From Syntrophales bacterium (lineage in GTDB: Bacteria; Desulfobacterota; Syntrophia; Syntrophales; PHBD01): 64,000 nt of DNA. The DNA is taken from NCBI GenBank assembly GCA_963668175.1, contig OY764159.1:2464001-2528000 (forward strand), given 5' to 3'. The notes under the pieces were generated by a model. The model was not told the origin of the DNA. It did no database searches and saw nothing but the letters and a program-made list of their open reading frames with translations. A program made the position numbers and the translations under genes. Shown here piece after piece: positions 1 to 8,348 of the stretch; within the stretch, counting starts at the first letter, position 1, and the number at the start of each line of letters is the position of its first letter.

Positions 1-22
1 GAAATTCGTATTAATGACGTAT

Positions 23-39
23 TGTCGGATTTCTTTACA
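23..39 (+). promoter_or_regulatory. Putative enhancer site TGTCG-N6-TTTACA (copy 1)
   Basis: TGTCGGATTTCTTTACA, nearly identical to the copy at 203-219; TGT-N11-ACA geometry typical of sigma54 activator sites. Confidence 0.45.
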
Positions 40-202
40 TTCCCATTATAACTCTTAACGGCTTGTATTCATTATTTTATGTCATACATCTTGTGCAAAA
101 ATCCAGGCAAATCGTTGAGAATCGTAATATCATTACAACAGATGAAGATTGGCGTAACCGCATAAAGGCGTATATATTATCTATTGAATTCATGTCATAT
201 AC

Positions 203-219
203 TGTCGAATATCTTTACA
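203..219 (+). promoter_or_regulatory. Putative enhancer site TGTCG-N6-TTTACA (copy 2), about 60 nt upstream of the sigma54 promoter
   Basis: TGTCGAATATCTTTACA; a TTTACA motif upstream of a sigma54 site is a described feature of PEP-CTERM genes. Confidence 0.55.
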
Positions 220-280
220 GTATTCGCCTCTTTCTCCGGCTGTTTTCCATAATAATATTTAACATCAACATCTTGCGTAT

Positions 281-296
281 TGGCATATATATTGCG
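281..296 (+). promoter_or_regulatory. Sigma54 (-24/-12) promoter of the PEP-CTERM gene
   Basis: TGGCATATATATTGCG with exact GG-N10-GC spacing, 133 nt before the ATG at 429. Confidence 0.75.
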
Positions 297-428
297 TATA
301 CATTCGACGTCGTTAATTTTAGAGCGTTCGAGAAAACAATCTCATATTACTATAAATTCTTTCTAGAAAAAATCGAACAAGTTAGGAGGCAATTAAATGA
401 TATCTGATAAGGAGAAGGGGGGGCTAAA

Positions 429-1097
429 ATGAAAAGATGGAGCGTCATTTGTCTTCTTGGTTTTCTTCTGTCCACAAGTTCCCAGTGTTTTGCCAGCCAG
501 GTTTTATTCAGCAACTTGACCCCGGATGGTGACTTCTACCACCTAGCCGGATGGACTATAGAAGGGTATCATGATTATCCTGTTCGTGAGGGTGAGGGTT
601 TCTCATCTTACGCCACGGCCAAGCTTGAATCCATCAATATTGCTTTGGGCTACATATCCGGATACGGTACTCTTCATGTGGAGTTCTATGGCAATGATAG
701 GGATGCTGCTTCTCCTAGACCTGGAACCCTTCTTGAGTCATGGGCGATTCGTTATAATGGAGATGCTCTTCCTTTTCCCGTCTTTGCGAGTAATAATCGT
801 GATCTATTAAGCCTCACCTCTATGAACAATCCGGGACTCGAAGAATGTTGGATCTACTGGGTGGTTGTCTATACAGAGGGAAGCCTTAACCTCGGTTGGT
901 TCTGGACTGCGAATCAGCAAAGATTCACGTATCACTTACACAGAAATCAGGATATTTATTCTGGCGATGGATACTTCACTTCTGGTGCGTATGAAGTTCT
1001 CGGTTCTACAGAAGCCGTCCCCGAACCTGCAACGATGCTGCTCTTCGGCCTTGGCCTGGCGGGTATGGCGACGGCAAAAAGGATGTTTCGGAAATAA
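429..1097 (+). CDS. PEP-CTERM sorting domain protein (exosortase substrate)
   Basis: Signal peptide; C-terminal VPEPATMLLFGLGLAGMATAKRMFRK (VPEP, TM helix, basic tail); G-rich RBS. Confidence 0.93.
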   Translation: MKRWSVICLLGFLLSTSSQCFASQVLFSNLTPDGDFYHLAGWTIEGYHDYPVREGEGFSSYATAKLESINIALGYISGYGTLHVEFYGNDRDAASPRPGTLLESWAIRYNGDALPFPVFASNNRDLLSLTSMNNPGLEECWIYWVVVYTEGSLNLGWFWTANQQRFTYHLHRNQDIYSGDGYFTSGAYEVLGSTEAVPEPATMLLFGLGLAGMATAKRMFRK

Positions 1098-1122
1098 TTG
1101 TTATTGAGGATTCCAGCATCAG

Positions 1123-1152
1123 AAGGCAGGGTCATAACGGCTCTGCCTTTTT
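1123..1152 (+). terminator. Intrinsic terminator after the PEP-CTERM gene
   Basis: AAGGCAGGGTC-loop-GGCTCTGCCTT stem followed by a T run. Confidence 0.75.
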
Positions 1153-1541
1153 CACTTTCTAGTGCCGATGATTATCAATCGAAATCAAGTATCGTCGGCA
1201 GAAGTGACGATTCATTGATTTCAGGAAGAAGGCGAAGGACTGGAGGGTGTCTTTTCGTGTGAACTCGAAATATTCACAAATGGATTACAGAAAGACGAGA
1301 CAGGTGCAGGGCAGCGAAGACGACAGGACAAACTTCCTCACGGCGGGTATCGTTATGTCCCGCCTCCGGGAAGAATGTCCGGTGCCGTCCGGCGGGCAAA
1401 CTGCACCCTTGCATCCCCGCTGCGGGGAGGCTTGTCTGCTATTCGTACGATGTGCGCGTGGATAAGGCGGCCGACCGACCTTGCGTCTATCCTGTCGGGT
1501 CGATCCGGCCGTCGTTCGAGCGTTGGCGGGCGGGCCGACGG

Positions 1542-1856
1542 TTAGTAACGCGATCTGCCGCCCGGTCTTCCCTTGCCGCCGCCTCTGTTCCCGCCGCCGC
1601 CGCCGCGGTTGTCCGCCCGGGGACGCGCTTCGTTTACGCTCATGTCGCGGTCCTTCAAAGGCTTGCCGTTCAGTCCGGCGATGGCGGCCTGGGCCTCTTC
1701 CTTGACCGGCATCTCGACGAAGCCGAACCCTTTCGAGCGTCCGCTGAATTGATCCATGATGATGTTCACGGATGCAACCTGCCCGAAGGCCGCAAAAGCC
1801 TGCTGCAAATCCTCCTCCTTGACGTTGTACGACAAGTTCCCTACGTAGATGTTCAT
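1542..1856 (-). CDS. RRM RNA-binding protein with Gly/Arg-rich tail
   Basis: RNP2 IYVGNL, RNP1 KGFGFVEM, VNEARPR, GGR tail; SD GGAGA. Confidence 0.96.
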   Translation of the reverse strand: MNIYVGNLSYNVKEEDLQQAFAAFGQVASVNIIMDQFSGRSKGFGFVEMPVKEEAQAAIAGLNGKPLKDRDMSVNEARPRADNRGGGGGNRGGGKGRPGGRSRY

Positions 1857-1941
1857 GGTGTCTCCTTTCCCAAAATGTTTCTGAATTTGAAGATGTCCTG
1901 TTATTCGTTATGACGCGGGGCCTCCTGCGGCCCGCGTCGTC

Positions 1942-3264
1942 CTATTTGGCATGCGCCGTGCGGTTCGACATGTAAAATCCTTCCAGCGTGCGCGGAGCCT
2001 TGCGGGTGCTGCCGGTTCCCTGACCTCGCTGCGGCGGGCGGGCGCCTTTCGGTGCGGCATGCCGCCCGGCTGCTTCGACCCGTCTTCCGCAGCGCTTGAC
2101 GGAATCCGCTCGGCCGGCAACCGCGCTTCCCTCCGGCGCCGGCACGGCATAGTCGAAGCCCTCCAGGGTGCGTCTCGCGATCTTTTCGCCGAGGACGTGC
2201 TCGATGTCGCGCAGAAAAGGCCTGTCCTGGGGTGTCGCCAGGGTGAAGGCGTCCCCCGTCTTCGATGCCCGTCCCGCGCGGCCGATACGGTGGGTATAGG
2301 CTTCCACGGTGTCGGGCATGTCGTAGTTGATGACGTGGGATATCCGGGTGACGTCGATCCCGCGGGCGGCAATGTCGGTCGCCACCAGGATGCGGTACTT
2401 GCCGCTCCGGAAACCGTCTATGGCCGCCTGGCGCCTGTTCTGGGAGAGATCGCCCTGCAGGGACGCCACGGCGAATCCGGCCCTTTTCATCTTTGCAGCG
2501 ACGCTCGTCGTGCGGTGCTTCGTCCGCGCGAACACGAGGACCGATTCCGTGTCCGTCGTCTCGATCAGCTTCATCAGGAGGGGGGTCTTGAGATGCTGCT
2601 CGACCGGGTAGACGCTGTGGGAAACCGTGGATGCGGGCGCTCCGTCGCCGACGCGGATAATCGCCGGATCGTGCAGGATCGCCGTCGCCAGCTGCCGGAT
2701 GTCCTCGGGCATGGTGGCGGAAAAGAGCAGCGTCTGGCGTTTCGCGGGCAGCTTCTTCACGATCTTCCGGATATCGGGCAGGAATCCCATGTCCAGCATG
2801 CGGTCGGCCTCGTCGATGACGAGAACCTCCAGGTCGGAGAAACGGACCGCGCCCTGGTCGGCAAGGTCGAGCAGACGTCCCGGACAGGCGACGACGATTT
2901 CCACTCCTCTGCGGAGACTCTGAAGCTGCGGGACTTTGCTTACGCCGCCGTAGACGGCGACGCTTTTAAGGCCTGTTTCGCGGCCCAGGGCGGCGATGGA
3001 CTCGTTGATCTGTTCCGCGAGTTCCCGTGTCGGGGCAAGGATCAGGGCGCGAGGGACCCTGCGCGGACCGGCTGTCAGCCGATGCAGAACGGGCAGGGCG
3101 AAGGCGGCCGTTTTTCCCGTGCCGGTCTGGGCGATGCCCATGAGGTCTTTCCCCTGGAGAATCGGCGGGATGGTCTGATGTTGGATCGGTGTCGGCGCAC
3201 TGTAACCGATGCGCCGGATGGCTTTTTCGATTTGCGGGTGTAAATGAAACTCTGTAAAACTCAT
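1942..3264 (-). CDS. rhlE: DEAD-box RNA helicase (RhlE-like)
   Basis: Q motif, AQTGTGKT, PTRELA, DEADRMLDMGF, SAT, ARGID, HRIGRAGRA, basic tail. Confidence 0.93.
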   Translation of the reverse strand: MSFTEFHLHPQIEKAIRRIGYSAPTPIQHQTIPPILQGKDLMGIAQTGTGKTAAFALPVLHRLTAGPRRVPRALILAPTRELAEQINESIAALGRETGLKSVAVYGGVSKVPQLQSLRRGVEIVVACPGRLLDLADQGAVRFSDLEVLVIDEADRMLDMGFLPDIRKIVKKLPAKRQTLLFSATMPEDIRQLATAILHDPAIIRVGDGAPASTVSHSVYPVEQHLKTPLLMKLIETTDTESVLVFARTKHRTTSVAAKMKRAGFAVASLQGDLSQNRRQAAIDGFRSGKYRILVATDIAARGIDVTRISHVINYDMPDTVEAYTHRIGRAGRASKTGDAFTLATPQDRPFLRDIEHVLGEKIARRTLEGFDYAVPAPEGSAVAGRADSVKRCGRRVEAAGRHAAPKGARPPQRGQGTGSTRKAPRTLEGFYMSNRTAHAK

Positions 3265-3339
3265 TCTTTTCCTTTTCTTGATGATATTTCCGTGCCCTGC
3301 GGTTCGTCGTCCGGAGAGGGCGGTCGGTTGTTGATCTTT

Positions 3340-3501
3340 CTATTCGGTGAGAAACGAAGACTGGTCGCCGGCGGATGTATCGGTTTCCTCGGGTCGGTTG
3401 TTTTTCCTGTCATGGCGTCTGGCCATCTTTTCGTCGGCCTTTCGCTTGCGTTCGAGTTCCTTCTGCCTTTTGGCGAATTGATTCTGATTCTGTTTGGCCA
3501 T
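3340..3501 (-). CDS. Small basic protein (53 aa), first gene of the helicase/RRM operon
   Basis: SD GGAGG before ATG; MAKQNQNQFAKRQKELERKRKADEKMARR, a Lys/Arg-rich helix. Confidence 0.7.
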   Translation of the reverse strand: MAKQNQNQFAKRQKELERKRKADEKMARRHDRKNNRPEETDTSAGDQSSFLTE

Positions 3502-3544
3502 GCTCCCTCCATTGTTATTCGGACATTGTGATTCGTAATGTCGA

Positions 3545-3590
3545 TGCAAAAAAAACCCCAGCAGCCCTTCTTACGGGCTCTGGGATTGCA
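3545..3590 (-). terminator. Terminator-like hairpin inside the 5' leader of the helicase operon
   Basis: Minus strand CCCAG-AGCCC-loop-GGGCT-GCTGGGG followed by T8; lies between the promoter and the first ATG. Confidence 0.65.
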
Positions 3591-3620
3591 CGGCCAAAAC
3601 CAATACTAAAAGTCGCCGAT

Positions 3621-3649
3621 CTTATAGGCCTTTAAATGAGCCGTGTCAA
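3621..3649 (-). promoter_or_regulatory. Sigma70-type promoter of the helicase operon
   Basis: TTGACA-17 nt-TATAAG on the minus strand. Confidence 0.75.
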
Positions 3650-3957
3650 GGATTATTTCAAAATGGCCGGGAAGACGGGCGATTGAAATCCTGTTCCATG
3701 AGGGACATCGGACATGAATGCCATATCCGGCGCGGCCGGATCGTCGCCGCGCCGCTTGTCGGCCGCCGTTCGGCACGCAATGGAAAAAGGCATTGACTTG
3801 CGCCAAGTTGAACGGATAGTACGTATCCGGATGACGAAGATGGACGATGAGCCATGGTTGAAAATTCGCAGGGCGTATGGCTCGACCGTGAATCAATTCC
3901 GGGACGGCATCGACCCGCTGGATGCCGTCCCGGAAGCATTCAAAACGGCCGGCCGGT

Positions 3958-4104
3958 CTATTTTTTTGCCTGCCTGCTCCGGCAGGCAGGGTTGCCGCAT
4001 TCTCCGCAGCCGCATCCGCCCTTCCGGAGGGAGCGGCAGAGGAGCCAGACGGCGGCCAGGATAATCGCCGCCATGGCGATGACATCGACAAGTCCCATCG
4101 TCAT
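3958..4104 (-). CDS. FeoB-associated Cys-rich small membrane protein (48 aa)
   Basis: ATGA overlap with the feoB stop; TM helix then GGCGCGECGNPAC. Confidence 0.8.
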   Translation of the reverse strand: MTMGLVDVIAMAAIILAAVWLLCRSLRKGGCGCGECGNPACRSRQAKK

Positions 4105-6269
4105 CCCCCCCATCCGAAGAGCTTCCCGCCCTGGTAGACGATAAACGCCGCGATCCAGGCCAGGCCCATCTGGTAGACGAAGGCGACGCCGAACCACTTC
4201 CACGTGCCGAACTCCTGCCGCATGGCGATCGCCACGACGACACAGGGCATGTAGAGGAGGACGAAGACCGAGAAGGCGAAGGCCGAAAGGGGCGTGAACG
4301 TCTTCCGGACAGCCGTCTTGAGGCCGCCGCGCTTTTCGTCCTCTTCGGCGGAGAGGGTGGAGAGCCCCACGGACGCCACGACGTTTTCCCCCGCCTTGCC
4401 GAACGCCCCGGCGAAGGAAACGCCGATCTCCCTGATGTCCCGGGCAAACGTCGTCGGGGCCTTCTTTTCCTCTTCCGCCTTGGCGGCGTAGACCTCTCCC
4501 ATCGTCCCGACGACGATCTCCTTGGCGATGATCCCGGAGATGAGGGAGGAGGCGGCCTCCCACGTCCCGAAACCGAGAGGTGCGAGGACCGGCGCTACGA
4601 CCTGCCCGACCTGCCCGAGGTACGAATCCTTCTTGGTTTCCACCCCCCAGGGGAGATTGAGGAGGAACCAGACGAGGACCGAGACGGCGAGGATGTAAGT
4701 GCCCGCCTTGATCAGGAAGTGTTTCCCCTTTTCCCATGTGTGGATCGCGAGGCTCTTTCCGGACGGCATCCGGTAAGGAGGAAGCTCCATAATGAACATA
4801 GGGGCCTCGCCTCGGAAAAGCGTCCTCTTGAAGATCGCGCCCATGACGATGGCGAGTGCGATGCCGAGGACATAAAGGGTCCACAGCACCGCCCCCGCCT
4901 GCGACGCGAAGAAGGCGCCGATGAAGACGACGTAGACCGGCAGCCTGGCCCCGCAGGACATGAGGGGGATGAGGAGGGCCGTCAGGACCTTGTCCCGCGG
5001 GTTTTCGAGCGTCCGCGTGGCGTATATCCCCGGCACGTTGCAGCCGAAGCCCAGCAGCAGCGGGATGAAGGACTTGCCGTGGAGGCCGACGGCGTGCATC
5101 GCCCGGTCCATGACGAAGGCCGCGCGGGCCATGTAACCGCTGCCTTCCAGGAACGTGATAAAAAACATCATGGCGAAGATGACGGGGACGAAGACGAGGA
5201 CCGATCCCACGCCGGCGATGACGCCTTCCGTTACGAGGGAAACGACCCAGTCGGCGGCCCCCGCAGCATTGAGCAATCGCTCCGCCCAGCTTTTCAGCGG
5301 CCCCCCGATCACGAAGGAGAGCCAGTCGGCGAAAGGCTTGGAGACGTCGAAGGTCAGCTTGAAGACGACCCACATGGCCGCAAGAAAGATGGGGATGCCG
5401 AGGGCGCGGTTGAGGACGACGGCGTCGATCCGTTCCGTGAGTTCCCGCTTTGCCGCGGCGGGCTTTTTCAGGACTTCCCGGACGATCCCCCCCGCGAGTC
5501 CGTAACGGACGTCCGCCAGATGGGATTCCATATCGTCGCCGTGGGCCTCCCGGAGGTGGTCCAGGGCGCCGCCCGACGTCAGGGCGGCGACGTCCGCGGC
5601 CGGTCCCGACGCCTGGACGTCCTGCTCAATCGCCTTGAAAGCGAACCACCGGAGGGGGAGCCCCTGGGCGCTCAGCGAGGGATGGCGGTCCCGGATGCGC
5701 CGGGAGACCTCCTCTGCGGCAGCTTCCAGGTCTTCCCCGTAGTTCAGCTGCCGGGGAGCGCGGGCGGCGGGATCGACGGCGGCATTCGCGGCGGCGTCGA
5801 TCAGTTCGGCGAGGCCCGTGCGGCCCGTCGCCACCGTCGGGACAACCCGTACCCCCAGCATCTCTTCCATAACGGGGACATCGATGCGATATCCCTTCTT
5901 CAAGGCCTCGTCGTGGATGTTCAGGGCGACGACCATGGGGATGCCGAGTTCCATCAACTGGATCGTCAGATAAAAATTCCTTTCGAGATTCGTCGCGTCG
6001 ACGACGTCGATGACGGCGTCCGGGCGTTCCCGGACCAGGTAGTCCCTGGCGACGATCTCCTCCTGCGTATAGGGGCTCAGGCTGTATGTGCCCGGCAGGT
6101 CCACCAGCCGGATCGTAACGTCGCCGCGGTCGAACAGGGCTTCTTTCTTCTCCACCGTGACGCCGGGCCAGTTCCCGACATGGAGCCTGGTTCCCGCAAT
6201 AGCATTGATCAGGGTCGATTTGCCGGAATTGGGGTTGCCGGCGACGGCAATGGTGATATTTTTCTTCAT
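4101..6269 (-). CDS. feoB: Ferrous iron transport protein B
   Basis: GNPNSGKS, VGNWPGVTVE, DLPGTYSL, GFGCNVP, MSCGARLP, LYMPC; polytopic membrane domain. Confidence 0.98.
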   Translation of the reverse strand: MKKNITIAVAGNPNSGKSTLINAIAGTRLHVGNWPGVTVEKKEALFDRGDVTIRLVDLPGTYSLSPYTQEEIVARDYLVRERPDAVIDVVDATNLERNFYLTIQLMELGIPMVVALNIHDEALKKGYRIDVPVMEEMLGVRVVPTVATGRTGLAELIDAAANAAVDPAARAPRQLNYGEDLEAAAEEVSRRIRDRHPSLSAQGLPLRWFAFKAIEQDVQASGPAADVAALTSGGALDHLREAHGDDMESHLADVRYGLAGGIVREVLKKPAAAKRELTERIDAVVLNRALGIPIFLAAMWVVFKLTFDVSKPFADWLSFVIGGPLKSWAERLLNAAGAADWVVSLVTEGVIAGVGSVLVFVPVIFAMMFFITFLEGSGYMARAAFVMDRAMHAVGLHGKSFIPLLLGFGCNVPGIYATRTLENPRDKVLTALLIPLMSCGARLPVYVVFIGAFFASQAGAVLWTLYVLGIALAIVMGAIFKRTLFRGEAPMFIMELPPYRMPSGKSLAIHTWEKGKHFLIKAGTYILAVSVLVWFLLNLPWGVETKKDSYLGQVGQVVAPVLAPLGFGTWEAASSLISGIIAKEIVVGTMGEVYAAKAEEEKKAPTTFARDIREIGVSFAGAFGKAGENVVASVGLSTLSAEEDEKRGGLKTAVRKTFTPLSAFAFSVFVLLYMPCVVVAIAMRQEFGTWKWFGVAFVYQMGLAWIAAFIVYQGGKLFGWGG

Positions 6270-6493
6270 CCTTTCGCCTCCACGTCGATGTTTTCCGCTT
6301 CCTGCTTCCTCAGGGAAAGGCGGTAATTCTTGACGATCACTTCGATAGGATCGCCCATCGGGGCCACCTTCTCCACCCTGACGGTTTCGCCCGGCAGCAT
6401 CCCCATATCCATCAGACGCCGTTTCCAGGGGCCCTTGGCCTCCATGGAAACGATGACGCCCCCTTCGCCCGGTTTAAGCGCCGACAGTTTCAT
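6266..6493 (-). CDS. feoA: Ferrous iron transport protein A
   Basis: RRLMDMGMLPG...APMGDPI...LSLRKQEA; overlaps the feoB start. Confidence 0.95.
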   Translation of the reverse strand: MKLSALKPGEGGVIVSMEAKGPWKRRLMDMGMLPGETVRVEKVAPMGDPIEVIVKNYRLSLRKQEAENIDVEAKG

Positions 6494-6785
6494 GGCCGTT
6501 CCCTCCTTTCGTGCCGTTTAAGATTTTCACCATGATCTTCATGGCCATCCCGCGTCCGATGGCGACGCGGGATTCGTCCAGCTTGAGAAGGACCGGTCCC
6601 CGGCCTTCGTTGTTCAGCATCTTCACGGTCTGCCCCTTGCGGATGCCCATGTCGTCCACCCGCCGGCAGCATTCCTTGCCGTGGCCGCAGCACTCGCCGC
6701 CGTTATCACGGCAGCCCCCGCGGCCCGCCCGTACTTCCAGAATCTCGGCCCGTTCGCCGGGCCCGATCAGTCCCAACGGTATCAT
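6474..6785 (-). CDS. feoA: Second FeoA-family protein with a Cys-rich insertion
   Basis: SD AGGAGG; RVDDMGIRKG...GPVLL...RVAIGRGMAMKIMV; insertion GCRDNGGECCGHGKECC. Confidence 0.88.
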   Translation of the reverse strand: MIPLGLIGPGERAEILEVRAGRGGCRDNGGECCGHGKECCRRVDDMGIRKGQTVKMLNNEGRGPVLLKLDESRVAIGRGMAMKIMVKILNGTKGGNGHETVGA

Positions 6786-6796
6786 TTTGTCGCCTC

Positions 6797-7639
6797 CTAG
6801 AATGTGAAAGTCATGCCGACGGTTGTGCTCCAATCGGGTGCGCTCCGGGTGAAGCCATAGCGGACGCCGCCGTCGAGGACGATCTTTTCGTTGATTTTGA
6901 AGGTCGCGCCGAGAAGCCCGCTGAGCGGGTCGTTGGGGCCGGTACGGTCGGGATTGCGGTTCCCCGTCACCTCGCCGCAGAGGTGGAATTTATCCGTCAG
7001 CTCGTAATCGAGGGCGACGCCGTAGGAATAGATGTTGCGGATGTTCTCGTCGCCGTTGTCGCCGACGACGGTGTAGCCGAACATGCCGTGGATCGTGTAT
7101 TTCCCGATGGTCTTCGAAACGGCGGCGAAGAGGCCGTAGTCCTTGTCTCCCGAGCCTAGGCCCCGGTCGCTGTTGCCGCTGTTGGTTTTGAAGAGCCCTT
7201 TGAGCGCTACGGCGGGGACGTTCTCCGTCTCCTTGACGATCTGGTATTTGGCGACAAGGTTGACGTCGCCGATGCCGTTTTCGTTTTCGGCCTCGAACGG
7301 AGACCGGAACTGATAGGGGATTTCGGCGGAGAGCTCCAGGTTCTCGGTAACGCCCACGATGGGGACGAGAAGGAAGACCGCGTCCCTGCCGCTGTCCTGC
7401 CCTTTCAGATAGTCCCAGCTCATTTCCGCCTGGAAGACCCCCTTGCCGGCGACGCCGGCATCCTCCGTCGTGAAAGGCCTGTAGGCATGAGCCGGACCTG
7501 AGAACGTCAGAAGCAAGAACAGCGAAAGCAATACGGAGGCGAGGGCAGGGCCTTTCCGCATTGAAGACGCCGCACGGACGGCGTTGCTGCGATGGGATGC
7601 GAAGGGAAAAACAACGGTTTGAACGCTACGTCTTTTCAT
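6797..7639 (-). CDS. Outer-membrane beta-barrel ('transporter', MetA-pathway/phenol-degradation-like family)
   Basis: Signal peptide ending AHA-YRPFTTEDAG; GIGDVNLVAKY, GLGSGDKD; amphipathic beta strands; C-terminal Phe; start could instead be 7876. Confidence 0.82.
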   Translation of the reverse strand: MKRRSVQTVVFPFASHRSNAVRAASSMRKGPALASVLLSLFLLLTFSGPAHAYRPFTTEDAGVAGKGVFQAEMSWDYLKGQDSGRDAVFLLVPIVGVTENLELSAEIPYQFRSPFEAENENGIGDVNLVAKYQIVKETENVPAVALKGLFKTNSGNSDRGLGSGDKDYGLFAAVSKTIGKYTIHGMFGYTVVGDNGDENIRNIYSYGVALDYELTDKFHLCGEVTGNRNPDRTGPNDPLSGLLGATFKINEKIVLDGGVRYGFTRSAPDWSTTVGMTFTF

Positions 7640-7660
7640 GAAAACACCTCTCTGATGTAT

Positions 7661-7677
7661 TTGATAATCATGATCAA
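7661..7677. promoter_or_regulatory. Fur box upstream of the beta-barrel/feo operon
   Basis: TTGATAATCATGATCAA, a near-perfect 7-1-7 Fur inverted repeat. Confidence 0.85.
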
Positions 7678-7897
7678 TAATATTCGAAAAAAGACCGCTT
7701 GTCGGCGGGTCATTCCGTCGATGCGCGGTTTTCAAGACGCGTCCGGGCGGTCGATACGAAAGCTCCGGACGGTTCTTTCCCGGAAAAGCGCAAAGCGCGA
7801 TTCCGGGAGCATGTTGAAACGCGGCCGGCGGAGTATCCCGCCGCCAAAAAAGAAACTGCTCAAAGGACAAAATCATAATGCAACCTCCTTAAAGAAA

Positions 7898-7914
7898 GTG
7901 ATAATCATAATCAA
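7898..7914. promoter_or_regulatory. Fur box 2
   Basis: GTGATAATCATAATCAA. Confidence 0.8.
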
Positions 7915-8315
7915 TAAAGTCTCCTAAAAATCGGCGGTAAAAAAACGGACCGCCGTAAAGCGTCTTATATCTTTGTTACGACGCGTGCCGGATCGGTCGT
8001 AATCGCCGGGAAATCCGCGCGACGTTCCGCCGCAGCCGATCGTAAAGCGGATGAATCCGCGATGGGTTATTCAGACGCTCTATACGCCGTCGCCGGGAGC
8101 GAAAAAAAAGGTCTTCAATCCGAGGCCTAAATATCCCCGAAAGATCGCTCCGGAAGTCGACGCTGTCTCCCTCGTAAGCTTATGAGGCATCTGCCGATAA
8201 GCGACCGATCCCAGGGCAACGGTTTGCGCGGATCGAATCGCGTAGACACGCAGATCTCCACAAGCGCGTCCGGCCGTCTTCATCCGGAGAGACGGCGGTG
8301 CGCCGCATCATAAAC

Positions 8316-8332
8316 ATGATAATCGTTATCAA
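8316..8332. promoter_or_regulatory. Fur box 3, just downstream of the fur stop
   Basis: ATGATAATCGTTATCAA. Confidence 0.8.
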
Positions 8333-8348
8333 TAGCGTGCGGAAAAAA

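Noticed and set aside
63..407. 114-aa ORF in the AT-rich window start
   Set aside because: Non-ATG start, no RBS, and it overlaps the sigma54 promoter and enhancer of the PEP-CTERM gene
1167..1278. Fur-like half site GATGATTATCAA and palindrome TGTGAA-N9-TTCACA
   Set aside because: Located between convergent gene ends; spacing fits neither Rex nor CRP; no downstream target
3714..4064. Plus-strand ORF with a protein-like middle (MDDEPWLKIRRAYG...) and a TTGACT-17-GATAGT promoter-like sequence
   Set aside because: No clear RBS, overlaps the Cys-rich feo gene, no family recognised; at most a remnant
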